32,000 bases of DNA from Vibrio alginolyticus NBRC 15630 = ATCC 17749 (GCF_000354175.2 NC_022349.1:2850001-2882000), one strand, 5' to 3'; shown: positions 8,671 through 19,312, counted from the first letter of the stretch. Numbers and translations: made by a program. Notes: a model not told the origin generated them from the letters alone.

Positions 8671-9153
8671 ATGAGAGACATTACACCCGATATTTGTGAC
8701 CAATTTGAAGACCAAGTGAGCTTGCTTACTTTACCATTGCAGAACTTTGGTCAACGTAGCGCTTTTTACGGTGAAATCGTTACGGTGCGCTGCTATCACG
8801 ATAACTCGAAAGTGCGTGAAGTACTGGGCGAAGATGGAACGGGTAAAGTATTGATTGTTGACGGACATGGATCGTGTCAGAGAGCATTACTCGGCGATCA
8901 ATTAGCGATACTCGGAATAGAAAATGGGTGGGAAGGTATCATTGTCTATGGTGCAATACGCGACGTAGCACAAATATCTCAAATGGACATTGGCGTTCAA
9001 GCTCTTGGAACTAACCCGTTTAAAACAGAGAAACGCGGGATAGGAGAGGTAAACGTAACCTTAACGATGCAAAACCAAATCGTTCAACCTAAGCACTACG
9101 TTTACGCGGACTGGAACGGTGTGTTGATTTCTAAGCAAAAGCTGGACTTCTAA
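8671..9153 (+). CDS. rraA: RraA-family protein (RNase E regulator / HMG-aldolase fold), divergent paralogue
   Basis: The start is preceded by GGAGG (8662-8666). The product is 160 aa and aligns by eye along its full length with E. coli RraA (ICD...FG.R..F.G.I.TV.C..DN, VLVVDG-type [30 protein letters not shown]) at roughly 40% identity. The track start at 8644 is a TTG extension. Confidence 0.85.
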   Translation: MRDITPDICDQFEDQVSLLTLPLQNFGQRSAFYGEIVTVRCYHDNSKVREVLGEDGTGKVLIVDGHGSCQRALLGDQLAILGIENGWEGIIVYGAIRDVAQISQMDIGVQALGTNPFKTEKRGIGEVNVTLTMQNQIVQPKHYVYADWNGVLISKQKLDF

Positions 9154-9620
9154 AAACGAAAGCCTAAACCAACCTCAAAGCCTTGTTGCCAATCTTGGTA
9201 ATCAAGAGTCGCGTGAAGATCCAGTTTATCGGTAATTTTTACGCGACTTGATACTTCAGCCGCGAGGCTACTGTCGTCTTGGCGAATACCTTCCGCTGTT
9301 TCATTCTTGTAAGAGCGAACTGTACTTTTCAGCGTGACACGATCATTAAAGTGATAGCTGATCCCACTCAAAAAACCACTTTGATTTTTGGTAGGAGAGT
9401 TATTGACTCGCGCACCGACATAAACGTCTACCGAATCAAAAAGTTCGTAAGCGTAACCCGTATCGATATTCCAAACATCAAAACTGTCAGACTGATAACT
9501 GTCGCTGGAAATGAATAGTTTATGAGGAGAAGGGGATATTTTACCTGGAAGCGGCGGAAGCTCGTTTGCTAGACAAACACCAGGCACAAAAAACAGCAAC
9601 AGAAAAAGCCCTCTTTTCAT
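9150..9620 (-). CDS. small predicted outer-membrane beta-barrel protein
   Basis: An internal ATG at 9620 is preceded by AAGGAG. The signal peptide is [18 protein letters not shown]|NE. The sequence alternates hydrophobic and polar residues and ends in the C-terminal GLGFRF with a terminal Phe. Its stop codon overlaps the rraA stop (9150-9153). Confidence 0.6.
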   Translation of the reverse strand: MKRGLFLLLFFVPGVCLANELPPLPGKISPSPHKLFISSDSYQSDSFDVWNIDTGYAYELFDSVDVYVGARVNNSPTKNQSGFLSGISYHFNDRVTLKSTVRSYKNETAEGIRQDDSSLAAEVSSRVKITDKLDLHATLDYQDWQQGFEVGLGFRF

Positions 9621-9975
9621 GTTCACCACTCCTTGTGTCAACTTTTTTATTAGTATGCGCCCAAAGCTTCTCACTATTAAAGCATAGAATATGAAAGCTA
9701 GCTCACCTATTTTCTAAATAATTCGATCCTATGAACATAAGTCACAGTTAAGTTGTTGTTATGTGTCACAACCCTCTCGAATTATTTGATCGTACGTTTT
9801 ATGGCAAAGATCAGACTAGTTATTAGATAAAAAACCGAACTGGTGATGATGGTTAAGTCCTTTACAAAAACTAACTGTAGATTTTTAAATGATCAATAAT
9901 GTGTAATTAACTATAAATATCAATGACATTGCTTAGCAGAATTCTCTGAAAGATGGAAAAACAAACAATTTTTTG

Positions 9976-10004
9976 TTGACTATGTATCAGAAACTCGGTA
10001 AACG
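9976..10004 (+). promoter_or_regulatory. candidate thr operon promoter (-35 TTGACT, 17-nt spacer, -10 TAAACG)
   Basis: Hexamers read directly about 40 nt upstream of thrL. The -10 is weak and there is no experimental support. Confidence 0.3.
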
Positions 10005-10043
10005 TAGAGTTAAGCAAACACAATTAACGTTGAATATTTATTT

Positions 10044-10121
10044 ATGCCATCTAACAGCCTAGTAGTAATGACCACGACCATTATTATTACCGACACGACA
10101 CATGTTGGGGCAGGCTGCTGA
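10044..10121 (+). CDS. thrL: thr operon leader peptide
   Basis: A 25-codon ORF, MPSNSLVVMTTTIIITDTTHVGAGC, with 6 Thr and 3 Ile clustered and a GAG-type C-terminus like E. coli ThrL. It is followed 20 nt later by a strong terminator and then thrA. It is too short for the ORF track. An alternative start is the internal ATG at 10068. Confidence 0.8.
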   Translation: MPSNSLVVMTTTIIITDTTHVGAGC

Positions 10122-10140
10122 GCGAAAGAAATTCACAAAA

Positions 10141-10176
10141 AAGGCCTGTATCCAACAAGATACAGGCCTTTTTTTA
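10141..10176 (+). terminator. thr attenuator (intrinsic terminator)
   Basis: AAGGCCTGTATC (10141-10152) pairs perfectly with GATACAGGCCTT (10159-10170), followed by a T-run. It sits between thrL and thrA. Confidence 0.85.
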
Positions 10177-10229
10177 TGCTTTTTTATCCAGAATTTAGAC
10201 AAATTTAAGAAGATATACCGGAGGAAGGG

Positions 10230-12689
10230 ATGCGAGTATTGAAGTTTGGCGGATCATCACTAGCTGATGCAGATCGCTTTTTGAGAGCGGCAGACATTAT
10301 TGCCAATAACGCTCAACAAGAAGAAGTGGCGGTTGTTCTTTCCGCTCCTGGTAAAACAACAAACAAATTGGTTGCGGTCATTGAAGGCGCATTGCGCAAT
10401 GGTGAAGCAGAACTACAAATCAAAGAGTTGGAGGAGTCGTTTAAAACGCTCTTCACTCAAGTCCAAGCAGTACTACCCAATATCGATGGTTCAGCTTTCG
10501 ATAACCAAGTGAAAACTTCTCTCTCTCAATTACGCCAATTCGTTCATGGCATCAATCTTCTTGGCATGTGCCCAAACAATGTTAATGCACGTATTATTAG
10601 CAAAGGCGAACGCGTTTCGATTCAATTGATGAAAGCGGTGTTAGAAGCCAAAGGCCAGCCTGCACATCTTATCGACCCAGTTGAATACCTATACGCAAAA
10701 GGTGATCACCTTGAAGCCATGGTCGATGTTGAAGTTTCGACTCAGAACTTCCGCCAGAATCCTCTTCCTCAAGGTCATGTGAACATCATGCCTGGCTTTA
10801 CCGCAGGTAACGAGAAAGGTGAATTGGTAACACTTGGTCGCAATGGCTCTGATTATTCGGCGGCGGTTCTTGCGGCGTGTCTGCGCGCAGATTGCTGTGA
10901 GATCTGGACAGACGTAGATGGTGTGTACAACTGTGACCCTCGCTTAGTCGAAGATGCTCGCCTACTTAAATCTCTTAGCTATCAAGAAGCGATGGAGCTT
11001 TCTTACTTCGGTGCTTCCGTTCTGCACCCGAAAACCATCGCCCCAATCGCACAGTTCCACATCCCATGTCTGATCAAAAACAGCTTTAACCCACAAGGTG
11101 CAGGAACTTTGATTGGGCAAGACACTGGTGAAGACAATCTGGCGATCAAAGGTATCACGACGCTAAACGACCTAACTATGGTTAACGTCTCCGGCCCAGG
11201 TATGAAGGGTATGGTTGGCATGGCAAGCCGCGTATTTGGCGCAATGTCTTCCGCTGGTGTGTCTATTGTTCTTATTACTCAGTCTTCTTCTGAGTACAGC
11301 ATTAGCTTCTGTATTGAGGCAGAAGATAAAGCAAAAGCGCAACAAGTACTGGCCGATGCGTTTGAGTTGGAACTGAAAGATAGCTTATTAGAGCCGGTCG
11401 AGTTTATTGATAATGTTTCAATCATAACGTTGGTTGGTGACGGCATGCGTACATCGCGCGGTGTTGCATCTCGCTTCTTCTCATCTCTTGCTGAAGTGAA
11501 CGTAAACATTGTAGCCATCGCACAGGGCTCATCTGAGCGTGCTATCTCAGCCGTGATTCCTGAAGATAAAATCTCTGAAGCGATCAAAGCGTGTCACGAA
11601 AACCTATTCAACTCTAAGCACTTCTTAGACGTATTCGTGGTTGGTATTGGTGGCGTTGGTGGTGAGCTGGTGGATCAGATCGAGCGTCAACAGGCGAAGC
11701 TTGCGGAAAAAGGCATCGTTATTCGCGTGTGTGGCTTGGCAAACAGCAAAGGTCTTCTGCTTGATAGTGAAGGTCTGCCACTCGATCATTGGCGTGATCG
11801 TATGTCGGCAGCGACAGAAGAGTTCAGCCTAGCGCGTTTGATTTCTTTGGTTCAACGTAACCACATCATCAACCCAGTATTGGTTGACTGTACATCAAGT
11901 GAAGATATTGCGAATCAATACGCTGATTTCCTAGCTGCTGGTTTCCATGTCGTTACACCAAATAAAAAAGCAAATACAGCAAGCATGGCTTACTACCATC
12001 AGCTTCGCGATGTTGCGCGCAGCTCTCGTCGCAAGCTGATGTACGAAACAACTGTGGGGGCGGGTCTACCGGTAATCGAAAACCTGCAAAACCTAATCTC
12101 AGCGGGTGATGAGCTAGAGCGCTTCAGCGGTATTCTTTCTGGCTCTCTGTCATACATCTTCGGTAAGTTAGATGAAGGTATGAGCCTAAGTGAAGCAACT
12201 AATATCGCAAAAGAAAATGGTTTTACTGAACCGGATCCTCGTGATGACCTTTCTGGTATGGATGTCGCGCGTAAGCTTCTGATCCTAGCTCGTGAAGCAG
12301 GCATGTCTCTAGAACTAGAAGACGTTGTGGTTGATCAAGCACTGCCACCAGGTTTTGATGATTCTGGTAGCGTTGATGAATTTATGGCGCGTTTACCTGA
12401 AGCAGACGCCTACTTTAAAGAATTATCTGCAAAGGCAGCGGAAGAAGGCAAAGTACTGCGCTACGTTGGTGAGATTAATGAGGGCAAGTGCACAGTAAGC
12501 ATCGCTGCGGTGGATGAAAACGATCCAATGTATAAAATCAAGGACGGTGAAAACGCACTGGCATTTTACAGCCGTTACTATCAGCCAATCCCACTAGTGT
12601 TACGTGGCTATGGTGCAGGCACCGAAGTAACGGCTGCGGGTGTATTTTCTGACGTGATGCGTACTTTAGGTTGGAAACTAGGGGTATAA
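10230..12689 (+). CDS. thrA: bifunctional aspartokinase I / homoserine dehydrogenase I
   Basis: 819 aa beginning [17 protein letters not shown] as in E. coli ThrA, with ACT regions and a C-terminal homoserine dehydrogenase domain. GGAGG SD. Confidence 0.97.
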   Translation: MRVLKFGGSSLADADRFLRAADIIANNAQQEEVAVVLSAPGKTTNKLVAVIEGALRNGEAELQIKELEESFKTLFTQVQAVLPNIDGSAFDNQVKTSLSQLRQFVHGINLLGMCPNNVNARIISKGERVSIQLMKAVLEAKGQPAHLIDPVEYLYAKGDHLEAMVDVEVSTQNFRQNPLPQGHVNIMPGFTAGNEKGELVTLGRNGSDYSAAVLAACLRADCCEIWTDVDGVYNCDPRLVEDARLLKSLSYQEAMELSYFGASVLHPKTIAPIAQFHIPCLIKNSFNPQGAGTLIGQDTGEDNLAIKGITTLNDLTMVNVSGPGMKGMVGMASRVFGAMSSAGVSIVLITQSSSEYSISFCIEAEDKAKAQQVLADAFELELKDSLLEPVEFIDNVSIITLVGDGMRTSRGVASRFFSSLAEVNVNIVAIAQGSSERAISAVIPEDKISEAIKACHENLFNSKHFLDVFVVGIGGVGGELVDQIERQQAKLAEKGIVIRVCGLANSKGLLLDSEGLPLDHWRDRMSAATEEFSLARLISLVQRNHIINPVLVDCTSSEDIANQYADFLAAGFHVVTPNKKANTASMAYYHQLRDVARSSRRKLMYETTVGAGLPVIENLQNLISAGDELERFSGILSGSLSYIFGKLDEGMSLSEATNIAKENGFTEPDPRDDLSGMDVARKLLILAREAGMSLELEDVVVDQALPPGFDDSGSVDEFMARLPEADAYFKELSAKAAEEGKVLRYVGEINEGKCTVSIAAVDENDPMYKIKDGENALAFYSRYYQPIPLVLRGYGAGTEVTAAGVFSDVMRTLGWKLGV

Positions 12690-12694
12690 CAATA

Positions 12695-13666
12695 ATGAGT
12701 TCAAGTGATATGGATGTAGTGGTTTATGCCCCAGCATCAATTGGTAATGTAAGCGTTGGCTTTGATGTGCTGGGGGCTGCCGTGTCTCCAGTGGATGGCA
12801 CACTATTGGGTGACCGTGTATTGGTGAAATCTGGGGCTGACCCGTTCAGCCTTAAAACGGCGGGTGATTTTGTTGAGAAATTGCCAACTGAACCAAAAGA
12901 GAACATCGTCTACGACTGTTGGCTTGTGTTTGCTCGTGAGTTAGACAAAAAAGGCGTTGAGCTAAAACCACTTGAGATGACGCTAGAAAAGAACATGCCA
13001 ATTGGCTCTGGTTTAGGCTCAAGTGCATGTTCTATCGTTGCTGCATTAGATGCATTGAACCGATTCCATGGACAGCCACTTAACGAGACAGAATTACTAG
13101 CGCTGATGGGAGAGATGGAAGGCAAGATCTCTGGTGGTATTCACTACGACAACGTTGCGCCATGTTACCTTGGTGGTGTGCAACTGATGCTTGAAGAGTT
13201 GGGTATCATCAGTCAAGAAGTACCTTGCTTTGATGATTGGTACTGGGTGATGGCGTATCCGGGTATCAAGGTATCAACGGCGGAAGCGCGTGAGATCCTA
13301 CCATCTCAATACCGCCGACAAGATATCATTGCTCATGGTCGCCACCTTGCGGGCTTTATTCATGCGTGTCATTCTGGTCAGCCAGAACTTGCTGCAAAAA
13401 TGATCAAAGACGTGATCGCAGAACCGTATCGTGAGAAACTGCTTCCAGGTTTTGCGAATGCACGTCAATACGCAGCGTCTGCGGGTGCATTGGCAACCGG
13501 TATTTCTGGCAGTGGTCCGACACTGTTCAGTATTTGCAAAGAGAAAGATGTCGCTGAGCGAGTTGCTCGCTGGTTAGAACAAAACTACGTACAAAACGAA
13601 GAAGGATTCGTCCACGTTTGTCGTCTAGATAAGCAGGGTTCGAAAGTAACAGGAAGTGAGCTATGA
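12695..13666 (+). CDS. thrB: homoserine kinase
   Basis: [23 protein letters not shown] and the GHMP motif [13 protein letters not shown] chose the ATG at 12695, just after the thrA stop. ATG 12710 is an alternative, and the track start 12671 overlaps thrA. Confidence 0.93.
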   Translation: MSSSDMDVVVYAPASIGNVSVGFDVLGAAVSPVDGTLLGDRVLVKSGADPFSLKTAGDFVEKLPTEPKENIVYDCWLVFARELDKKGVELKPLEMTLEKNMPIGSGLGSSACSIVAALDALNRFHGQPLNETELLALMGEMEGKISGGIHYDNVAPCYLGGVQLMLEELGIISQEVPCFDDWYWVMAYPGIKVSTAEAREILPSQYRRQDIIAHGRHLAGFIHACHSGQPELAAKMIKDVIAEPYREKLLPGFANARQYAASAGALATGISGSGPTLFSICKEKDVAERVARWLEQNYVQNEEGFVHVCRLDKQGSKVTGSEL

Positions 13667-14943
13667 AGCTTTACAATATAAAAGAAAATGATGAACAAGT
13701 TTCCTTTGGCCAAGCCGTTCGCCAAGGGTTAGGCCGTAACCAAGGTCTATTTTTTCCATCGGAATTACCAAAATTTGAAGATATCGATGCGCTGCTTGCA
13801 GAAGACTTTGTCTCTCGTAGCACTAAGATTTTATCGGCGTTAATTGGAGATGAACTTACAGAGGAGCAAGTGAATGCTCTTGTTGATGCTGCATTCCAAT
13901 TCCCTGCGCCAATTAATCAGGTCAAAGACGGTGTTTACGCTCTGGAACTGTTCCATGGTCCAACGCTTGCATTTAAAGACTTTGGTGGTCGCTTTATGGC
14001 GCAATCTCTTGCTGCGGTTTCGGACGGCGGCAAGATCACTATTCTGACTGCAACTTCCGGCGATACTGGCGCAGCCGTTGCGCATGCTTTCTACGGTATG
14101 GAAGACATCAACGTTGTGATTCTTTACCCGAAAGGTAAGATCAGTCCACTGCAAGAGAAGCTATTCTGTACGCTTGGTAAGAACATTCACACTGTCGCGA
14201 TCGATGGAGACTTCGATGCGTGTCAGGCACTGGTTAAGCAAGCTTTTGATGATTCTGCACTGCGTGAAGAGATCGGTCTGAACTCTGCAAACTCAATCAA
14301 CATCAGCCGTTTGATGGCGCAAATCTGTTACTACTTTGAAGCAGCTGCGCAAATGAGCAAGCAAGAGCGTGAAAACCTAGTGGTATCAGTACCAAGCGGT
14401 AACTTCGGTAACCTAACTGCTGGTCTATTGGCAAAAGCGTTGGGCTTGCCTATCAAACGCTTTATCGCTGCAACTAATGCCAATGACACGGTTCCTCGCT
14501 ACCTAGAAACAGGTAAGTGGGAGCCAAAACCAACAGTCGCAACAACATCGAACGCGATGGACGTGAGCCAACCAAACAACTGGCCTCGTATTGAAGAGCT
14601 GTGCCGTGTGAAAGAGTGGGGCTTGGAGACGTTAGGTAAAGGTGCAGTATCTGATGAGCAAAGCGCACAGTCAGTGAAAGACTTACATGCTCTAGGCTAT
14701 CTATGCGAACCGCACGGTGCGATTGCTTACCGCGTTCTTGAAGAACAATTGCAAGACGGTGAAACCGGTCTGTTCCTATGTACTGCTCACCCTGCGAAGT
14801 TCAAAGAAGTCGTGGATGATATTCTAGAATCCGATATCGAGCTTCCTGCGCCACTAGCGAAGCACGCTGCGATGGAGCTGCTATCGGAAGAGCTCGACGC
14901 AGACTTTGACGCATTGAAACAAGTACTGCGCCGCGTGCAGTAA
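13663..14943 (+). CDS. thrC: threonine synthase
   Basis: 426 aa beginning MKLYNIKE, with the PLP lysine context [18 protein letters not shown] overlap with thrB. Confidence 0.97.
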   Translation: MKLYNIKENDEQVSFGQAVRQGLGRNQGLFFPSELPKFEDIDALLAEDFVSRSTKILSALIGDELTEEQVNALVDAAFQFPAPINQVKDGVYALELFHGPTLAFKDFGGRFMAQSLAAVSDGGKITILTATSGDTGAAVAHAFYGMEDINVVILYPKGKISPLQEKLFCTLGKNIHTVAIDGDFDACQALVKQAFDDSALREEIGLNSANSINISRLMAQICYYFEAAAQMSKQERENLVVSVPSGNFGNLTAGLLAKALGLPIKRFIAATNANDTVPRYLETGKWEPKPTVATTSNAMDVSQPNNWPRIEELCRVKEWGLETLGKGAVSDEQSAQSVKDLHALGYLCEPHGAIAYRVLEEQLQDGETGLFLCTAHPAKFKEVVDDILESDIELPAPLAKHAAMELLSEELDADFDALKQVLRRVQ

Positions 14944-14983
14944 GCTTCAAAGTATAGTAAGTATCAAAAACAGAAATAACGAG

Positions 14984-15012
14984 AGGTGAATGAGTAATCA
15001 TTCACCTTTTTT
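14984..15012 (+). terminator. thr operon terminator
   Basis: AGGTGAATGA (14984-14993), loop GTAA, TCATTCACCT (14998-15007), followed by TTTTTT. Confidence 0.8.
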
Positions 15013-15082
15013 ATTGTCGGTAAGTTTTGACTCTCTTTATGATTGAGAAACGAACTTAACTAAATGAGATGGAAAGAGAAGC

Positions 15083-15742
15083 ATGCATTTTTTGATTTTT
15101 CTTGGCTCAGTGAGAGACAGCACGCCACCACGACCAGCCCGTTTAGGAATGCGAGTCAGTAAAGCGTGTGAAAAACTCATCGCGAGTCAACATTCGCAAC
15201 ATACGGTCGAAATCATCGACCCTTTGAATTACGACTTTGGTGATGTGTTTAAGCCTGAGTTTGCTTATCACCGCTCTAAAGTTCCGCAGCACCTAAGTGA
15301 GCTAGCAGACAAAATCAAACATGCGGATGGGTATGTGATGGTTAGCCCGGAATATAACCATTCGATGAGTCCTGCCTTGGCGAACATGCTTAACCATTTC
15401 GGCAGTTCGCTGTTTTCTTACAAGCCGAGTGCTATCGTGACCTACTCTGCAGGGCAATGGGGTGGCGCTCGTGCTGCAGTGTCGATGCGTACCTTCTTAT
15501 CTGAACTTGGATGTCTACCTGTCTCTGCGATGATCCACATTCCGAAAGCGCAAGAAGTCTTTGATGAACAGGGCGTTGCTGCGGATGAGTCGGAGCAGAC
15601 GCAGTGGGACAACTATATGAATCGCACTATGCATCAATTGATTTGGTGGGCAGAAGGGGCGTCACTGCAAAGAGATAGGCTTGATCCAACCTCTGTAGCG
15701 CAAGCGTTTCAGAAAGATCCTTCGCAAAGAAATGCACCTTAG
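15083..15742 (+). CDS. NAD(P)H-dependent FMN reductase family oxidoreductase
   Basis: 219 aa with a flavodoxin-like fold signature: LIFLGSVR...; ADGYVMVSPEYNHSMSPALANMLNH is typical of the FMN_red family. Confidence 0.8.
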   Translation: MHFLIFLGSVRDSTPPRPARLGMRVSKACEKLIASQHSQHTVEIIDPLNYDFGDVFKPEFAYHRSKVPQHLSELADKIKHADGYVMVSPEYNHSMSPALANMLNHFGSSLFSYKPSAIVTYSAGQWGGARAAVSMRTFLSELGCLPVSAMIHIPKAQEVFDEQGVAADESEQTQWDNYMNRTMHQLIWWAEGASLQRDRLDPTSVAQAFQKDPSQRNAP

Positions 15743-15791
15743 AGGCGAGTTGCTTTCCATTATAGAAAGGGGTTAGAAGGATTCTGAAACA

Positions 15792-15823
15792 AAAAAGCTT
15801 GGTCATTGCTGACCAAGCTTTTT
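15792..15823. terminator. bidirectional terminator (FMN reductase gene / grcA)
   Basis: AAAAAGCTTGGTCA (15792-15805) pairs with TGACCAAGCTTTTT (10-bp G/C-containing core) and has A/T runs on both sides. Confidence 0.8.
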
Positions 15824-15852
15824 AAATTCTAGCGAGCTAGTTTACTGAGAGA

Positions 15853-16233
15853 TTATAGAGTCTCAGTAAAAGTACGAGCGATTACATCACGTTGTTGCTC
15901 TGGAGTTAGCGAGTTAAAACGTACTGCGTAACCAGAAACACGAATAGTTAGTTGTGGGTATTTCTCTGGGTGTGCAACTGCATCTTCTAGTGTTTCGCGT
16001 TTAAGCACGTTCACGTTTAGGTGTTGGCCGCCTTCGATACGAGGAGCAGTTTCGATTGCAACTTCACGGCTTTCGTATTCACCTAGGTCGCTGATTGCGA
16101 TAACTTGGTCTGCTTCGTAGCCAGCAGTTGCAGCAACACAACGAGCTTCATTTTTTTCGCTATCTAATAGCCAGATAGAGTTTAGTAGGTCGTCGTTTGC
16201 CGCTTTTGTAATTTGGATACCTTGGATCATCAC
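15853..16233 (-). CDS. grcA: autonomous glycyl radical cofactor GrcA (YfiD)
   Basis: 126 aa with the glycyl-radical motif [11 protein letters not shown] and near-identity in layout to E. coli GrcA. It neighbours ung as in E. coli. Confidence 0.95.
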   Translation of the reverse strand: MMIQGIQITKAANDDLLNSIWLLDSEKNEARCVAATAGYEADQVIAISDLGEYESREVAIETAPRIEGGQHLNVNVLKRETLEDAVAHPEKYPQLTIRVSGYAVRFNSLTPEQQRDVIARTFTETL

Positions 16234-16327
16234 TATCTCCTAGACCACTTACGTGGTGATTATTGGTGTTAATTTTCGAATTTTCGTTGAGCTGAGTATT
16301 ATATAGCTAATATCCACTATTTTAATA

Positions 16328-16341
16328 TTGATTTAAGTCAA
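16328..16341. promoter_or_regulatory. FNR-like box, proximal (TTGATTTAAGTCAA)
   Basis: 9/10 match to TTGAT-N4-ATCAA. On the grcA strand a TATATAAT -10-like element (16298-16305) lies about 30 bp downstream of the box centre. Confidence 0.55.
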
Positions 16342-16380
16342 AAAACAACCAAAAACATTATTTTTATTAAGGTGATTTTA

Positions 16381-16394
16381 TTGAGTTAAATCAA
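16381..16394. promoter_or_regulatory. FNR-like box, distal (TTGAGTTAAATCAA)
   Basis: 9/10 match to the FNR consensus. Its centre is exactly 53 bp from the proximal box. Confidence 0.5.
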
Positions 16395-16556
16395 TAAAAC
16401 CTTTGAAAACAAACCAATTACAATTTATTTGATAATATAAAAAATATTTAATAACTGGTTTTGTTGTAAATTTACTACAAATTGAGATTAAAGTTTAAAC
16501 TGGTTAACGCAACTATCTGTATTTAGGTAGCAATACTGAAAGTCTAAAGTGATTAA

Positions 16557-17441
16557 ATGACAAACATGAAAAACAAGCTTGGGAATAAACTCATTGGTGC
16601 ACATGTCTCTGCTGCTGGTGGGGTCGATCAAGCTCCGTTGAGAGCTCGTGAAATTGGCGCGAATGCATTCGCACTATTTACAAAAAACCAACGCCAGTGG
16701 GTGGCGAAGCCTTTAGAAGCAAAAACCATCAGTGCGTTTAAAGCGAACTGTAAAATGCTGGGTTTCGGAGCAGAACATATTCTTCCCCATGATTCTTATC
16801 TGATTAACTTGGGTGCGCCGGAAGAAGAAAAGCTGAATAAATCCCGCGCGGCATTTATTGATGAAATGGAGCGTTGTAATCAGTTGGGGCTGACTTTGCT
16901 TAACTTCCATCCGGGTAGTCACCTAAAGAAAGTCTCTGAACAGGAGTGCCTCGCGACGATCGCCGAGTCGATCAATCTTGCGCATAAAGCGGTGCCGAAT
17001 GTGATCGCTGTTATCGAGAATACGGCAGGTCAAGGCACTAACTTAGGCTGGAAGTTTGAGCACCTTGCTGAAATCATCGAGCAAGTGGAAGATAAAGATC
17101 GTGTCGGCGTTTGTATTGATACCTGCCATACCTTTACGGCTGGTTATGACTTACGTACAAAAGAAGATTGCGAGCGCACCTTTGCAGAGTTCGACCGTAT
17201 CGTAGGTATGCACTATTTAAGAGCAATGCATCTAAATGATTCAAAAGTAGAGTTTGCCAGCAAAGTAGATCGCCACCATTCGCTAGGTAAAGGAGAGATC
17301 GGGTGGGATTGCTTTGAGTACATCGCGAAAGACCCTCGTTTTGATGGTATCCCTCTGATTTTGGAAACAATTGATCCAGATATTTGGCAGCAAGAGATCA
17401 ACACGTTGCGTCAATTCCATTTAGCGGCCATTGACAGTTAA
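16557..17441 (+). CDS. nfo: endonuclease IV
   Basis: 294 aa containing [57 protein letters not shown] and [12 protein letters not shown], all collinear with E. coli Nfo. ATG 16566 is an alternative start. Confidence 0.95.
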   Translation: MTNMKNKLGNKLIGAHVSAAGGVDQAPLRAREIGANAFALFTKNQRQWVAKPLEAKTISAFKANCKMLGFGAEHILPHDSYLINLGAPEEEKLNKSRAAFIDEMERCNQLGLTLLNFHPGSHLKKVSEQECLATIAESINLAHKAVPNVIAVIENTAGQGTNLGWKFEHLAEIIEQVEDKDRVGVCIDTCHTFTAGYDLRTKEDCERTFAEFDRIVGMHYLRAMHLNDSKVEFASKVDRHHSLGKGEIGWDCFEYIAKDPRFDGIPLILETIDPDIWQQEINTLRQFHLAAIDS

Positions 17442-17456
17442 TGGCGTAACCACAAA

Positions 17457-17520
17457 GTTGGCACCTTTCTTTCTTAGTCATTGAACATCAATCTCTGAAT
17501 TAGCAAAGAAGGATGCCAAC
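17457..17520 (+). other. long imperfect hairpin (16-bp stem, ~32-nt loop containing ATTGA-aca-TCAAT)
   Basis: GTTGGCACCTTTCTTT (17457-17472) pairs with AAAGAAGGATGCCAAC (17505-17520) with one C/A mismatch and one G-U pair. No U-tract follows, so it is not a canonical terminator. It ends immediately before an ATG at 17521. Confidence 0.5.
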
Positions 17521-17730
17521 ATGTCTCGACCATTCTCTTTTACTCCTTATACTTACACTCGTCGTGTGCTTCGCTTACCGATGCCTAATCGTCACATTAC
17601 CGGACAGGGGCATTTTCGAACGCCACAGAAGCATTAGTCTTTTATTACTTGTCTCAAGTTCGTGGTAAGTTTTTGTTTGTTTGAGTTTCGCTCGTTAGAA
17701 TAGAAGCAAAATTTAGGACAGGAACTTTCC

Positions 17731-18411
17731 ATGAATCAGTCACCCACTTGGCACGATGTGATCGGCGAAGAGAAAAAGCAGAGCTACTTTGTAGACACCT
17801 TGAATTTTGTTGAAGCCGAACGCGCCGCAGGCAAAGCTATTTTTCCTCCCGCAAAAGATGTCTTTAACGCGTTTCGTTTTACCGAGTTCAAAGACGTTAA
17901 GGTCGTGATTCTAGGACAAGACCCATACCACGGCCCAAATCAGGCGCATGGCCTGTGTTTCTCTGTACTTCCTGGCATTAAAACGCCACCGTCACTGGTT
18001 AATATGTATAAAGAGCTGGCGCAAGATATTGAAGGTTTCCAAATCCCTCAGCATGGTTTTTTGCAAAGCTGGGCTGAACAAGGCGTATTGTTACTCAATA
18101 CGGTATTAACGGTGGAGCAAGGTAAAGCGCATTCACATTCAAAGACAGGTTGGGAAACGTTTACTGACCGAGTGATTGAAGCCATTAATCAGCATCAAGA
18201 AGGTGTAGTGTTCTTGCTGTGGGGGTCACACGCGCAGAAGAAAGGGCGCTTTATCGATCGCAACAAGCACCATGTGTTAGCTGCCCCACACCCATCGCCA
18301 CTTTCTGCACATCGAGGCTTTTTCGGTTGTAAGCATTTCTCTCAAGCAAACCAGTTGCTTACATCACAAGAAAAAGCACCAATTAACTGGCATTTGCCAT
18401 TAACTGTATAA
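17731..18411 (+). CDS. ung: uracil-DNA glycosylase
   Basis: 226 aa containing [27 protein letters not shown] and [14 protein letters not shown], collinear with E. coli Ung. Confidence 0.97.
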   Translation: MNQSPTWHDVIGEEKKQSYFVDTLNFVEAERAAGKAIFPPAKDVFNAFRFTEFKDVKVVILGQDPYHGPNQAHGLCFSVLPGIKTPPSLVNMYKELAQDIEGFQIPQHGFLQSWAEQGVLLLNTVLTVEQGKAHSHSKTGWETFTDRVIEAINQHQEGVVFLLWGSHAQKKGRFIDRNKHHVLAAPHPSPLSAHRGFFGCKHFSQANQLLTSQEKAPINWHLPLTV

Positions 18412-18420
18412 ATGAAGAGA

Positions 18421-18454
18421 CAGCGATCATGGATGGTATGATCGCTGTTTTTTT
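18421..18454 (+). terminator. ung terminator
   Basis: CAGCGATCAT (18421-18430), loop GGATGGT, ATGATCGCTG (18438-18447), followed by TTTTTTT. Confidence 0.85.
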
Positions 18455-18524
18455 GAGCACGCTCGAGGCTGATAGTAAATTTCTCATGTACACTTACTAA
18501 AAGTAGGTGTTAAGGAGAGACGCT

Positions 18525-19076
18525 ATGATGATCGAAAGAATTCGACGCGAACATGGTTATATGGTTCGTCTGTTGGCGATACTGCGCCATAAGCTTAATG
18601 AGATAAAAAAAGAACGTGTAATCAACTATGCGTTAGTAAGCGAGATTGTTGATTACCTCTCTAATCATTCGGAGAAAGTACACCACCCGAAAGAAGATAT
18701 CCTCTATCACCACTTTCTTGAACACTATGGTAAGCAACAAACCATGGAAAATTTAGAGAAAGAACATCTAGAGTTAGCGAGTAAAACCAGAGAGTTTTCA
18801 TCCGTGATAGAGATGATCCTTCAGGATGCTGTTGTGCCACAAGACATGTTCGTCGCTCACCTAGAAGATTTCATTGAATCGCAAAGGCGCCACTTGGAGC
18901 TAGAAGAGCGAAAAATTTTGCCTCTCATTGAAGAGTTATTTACCACAGAAGATTGGCAGCATGTCGAGAGCTTATGGAGCGTCAGTGAGGATGACCCTGT
19001 ATTTGGTGACACGATTGCTGATCGTTATAAGCAGTTGGCCGAACGTGTTCGTCAAAGTGATACTGAGTATGTTTAA
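18525..19076 (+). CDS. hemerythrin (HHE cation-binding) domain protein
   Basis: AAGGAG SD precedes the ATG at 18525. The 183-aa helical protein has His/Glu ligand-like motifs (EHGYM, VHHPKEDILYHHF, HLELEE). Confidence 0.75.
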   Translation: MMIERIRREHGYMVRLLAILRHKLNEIKKERVINYALVSEIVDYLSNHSEKVHHPKEDILYHHFLEHYGKQQTMENLEKEHLELASKTREFSSVIEMILQDAVVPQDMFVAHLEDFIESQRRHLELEERKILPLIEELFTTEDWQHVESLWSVSEDDPVFGDTIADRYKQLAERVRQSDTEYV

Positions 19077-19278
19077 GACTGAATGATGAAACCTGAGCGA
19101 GCGAAAGTCGTCTCTCGGGTTTGTGAGATACACTTCTTATTTATTGGGAATCAAACGAAAATTTCGTGTGCATATTTCTCGGCAAAAAGTACGGAAGATT
19201 CTCATTGAGTAATAATGGTATTCATACTTAAACCTTGGTACATAAACTCACGGTGTTTACGGTCACTGTAAACAAAAA

Positions 19279-19310
19279 ACAAAAGGCACCCGTAAGGTGC
19301 CTTTTGTTTG
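19279..19310. terminator. bidirectional terminator after the small minus-strand gene
   Basis: ACAAAAGGCACC (19279-19290) pairs with GGTGCCTTTTGT (19296-19307), with T-rich tracts on both strands. Confidence 0.8.
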
Positions 19311-19312
19311 AA

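Noticed and set aside
18463-18490. Possible Fur box (GATAGTAAATTTCTCAT) upstream of the hemerythrin-domain gene
   Set aside because: It matches the 19-bp Fur consensus at fewer than half the positions, which is not better than chance in AT-rich DNA.
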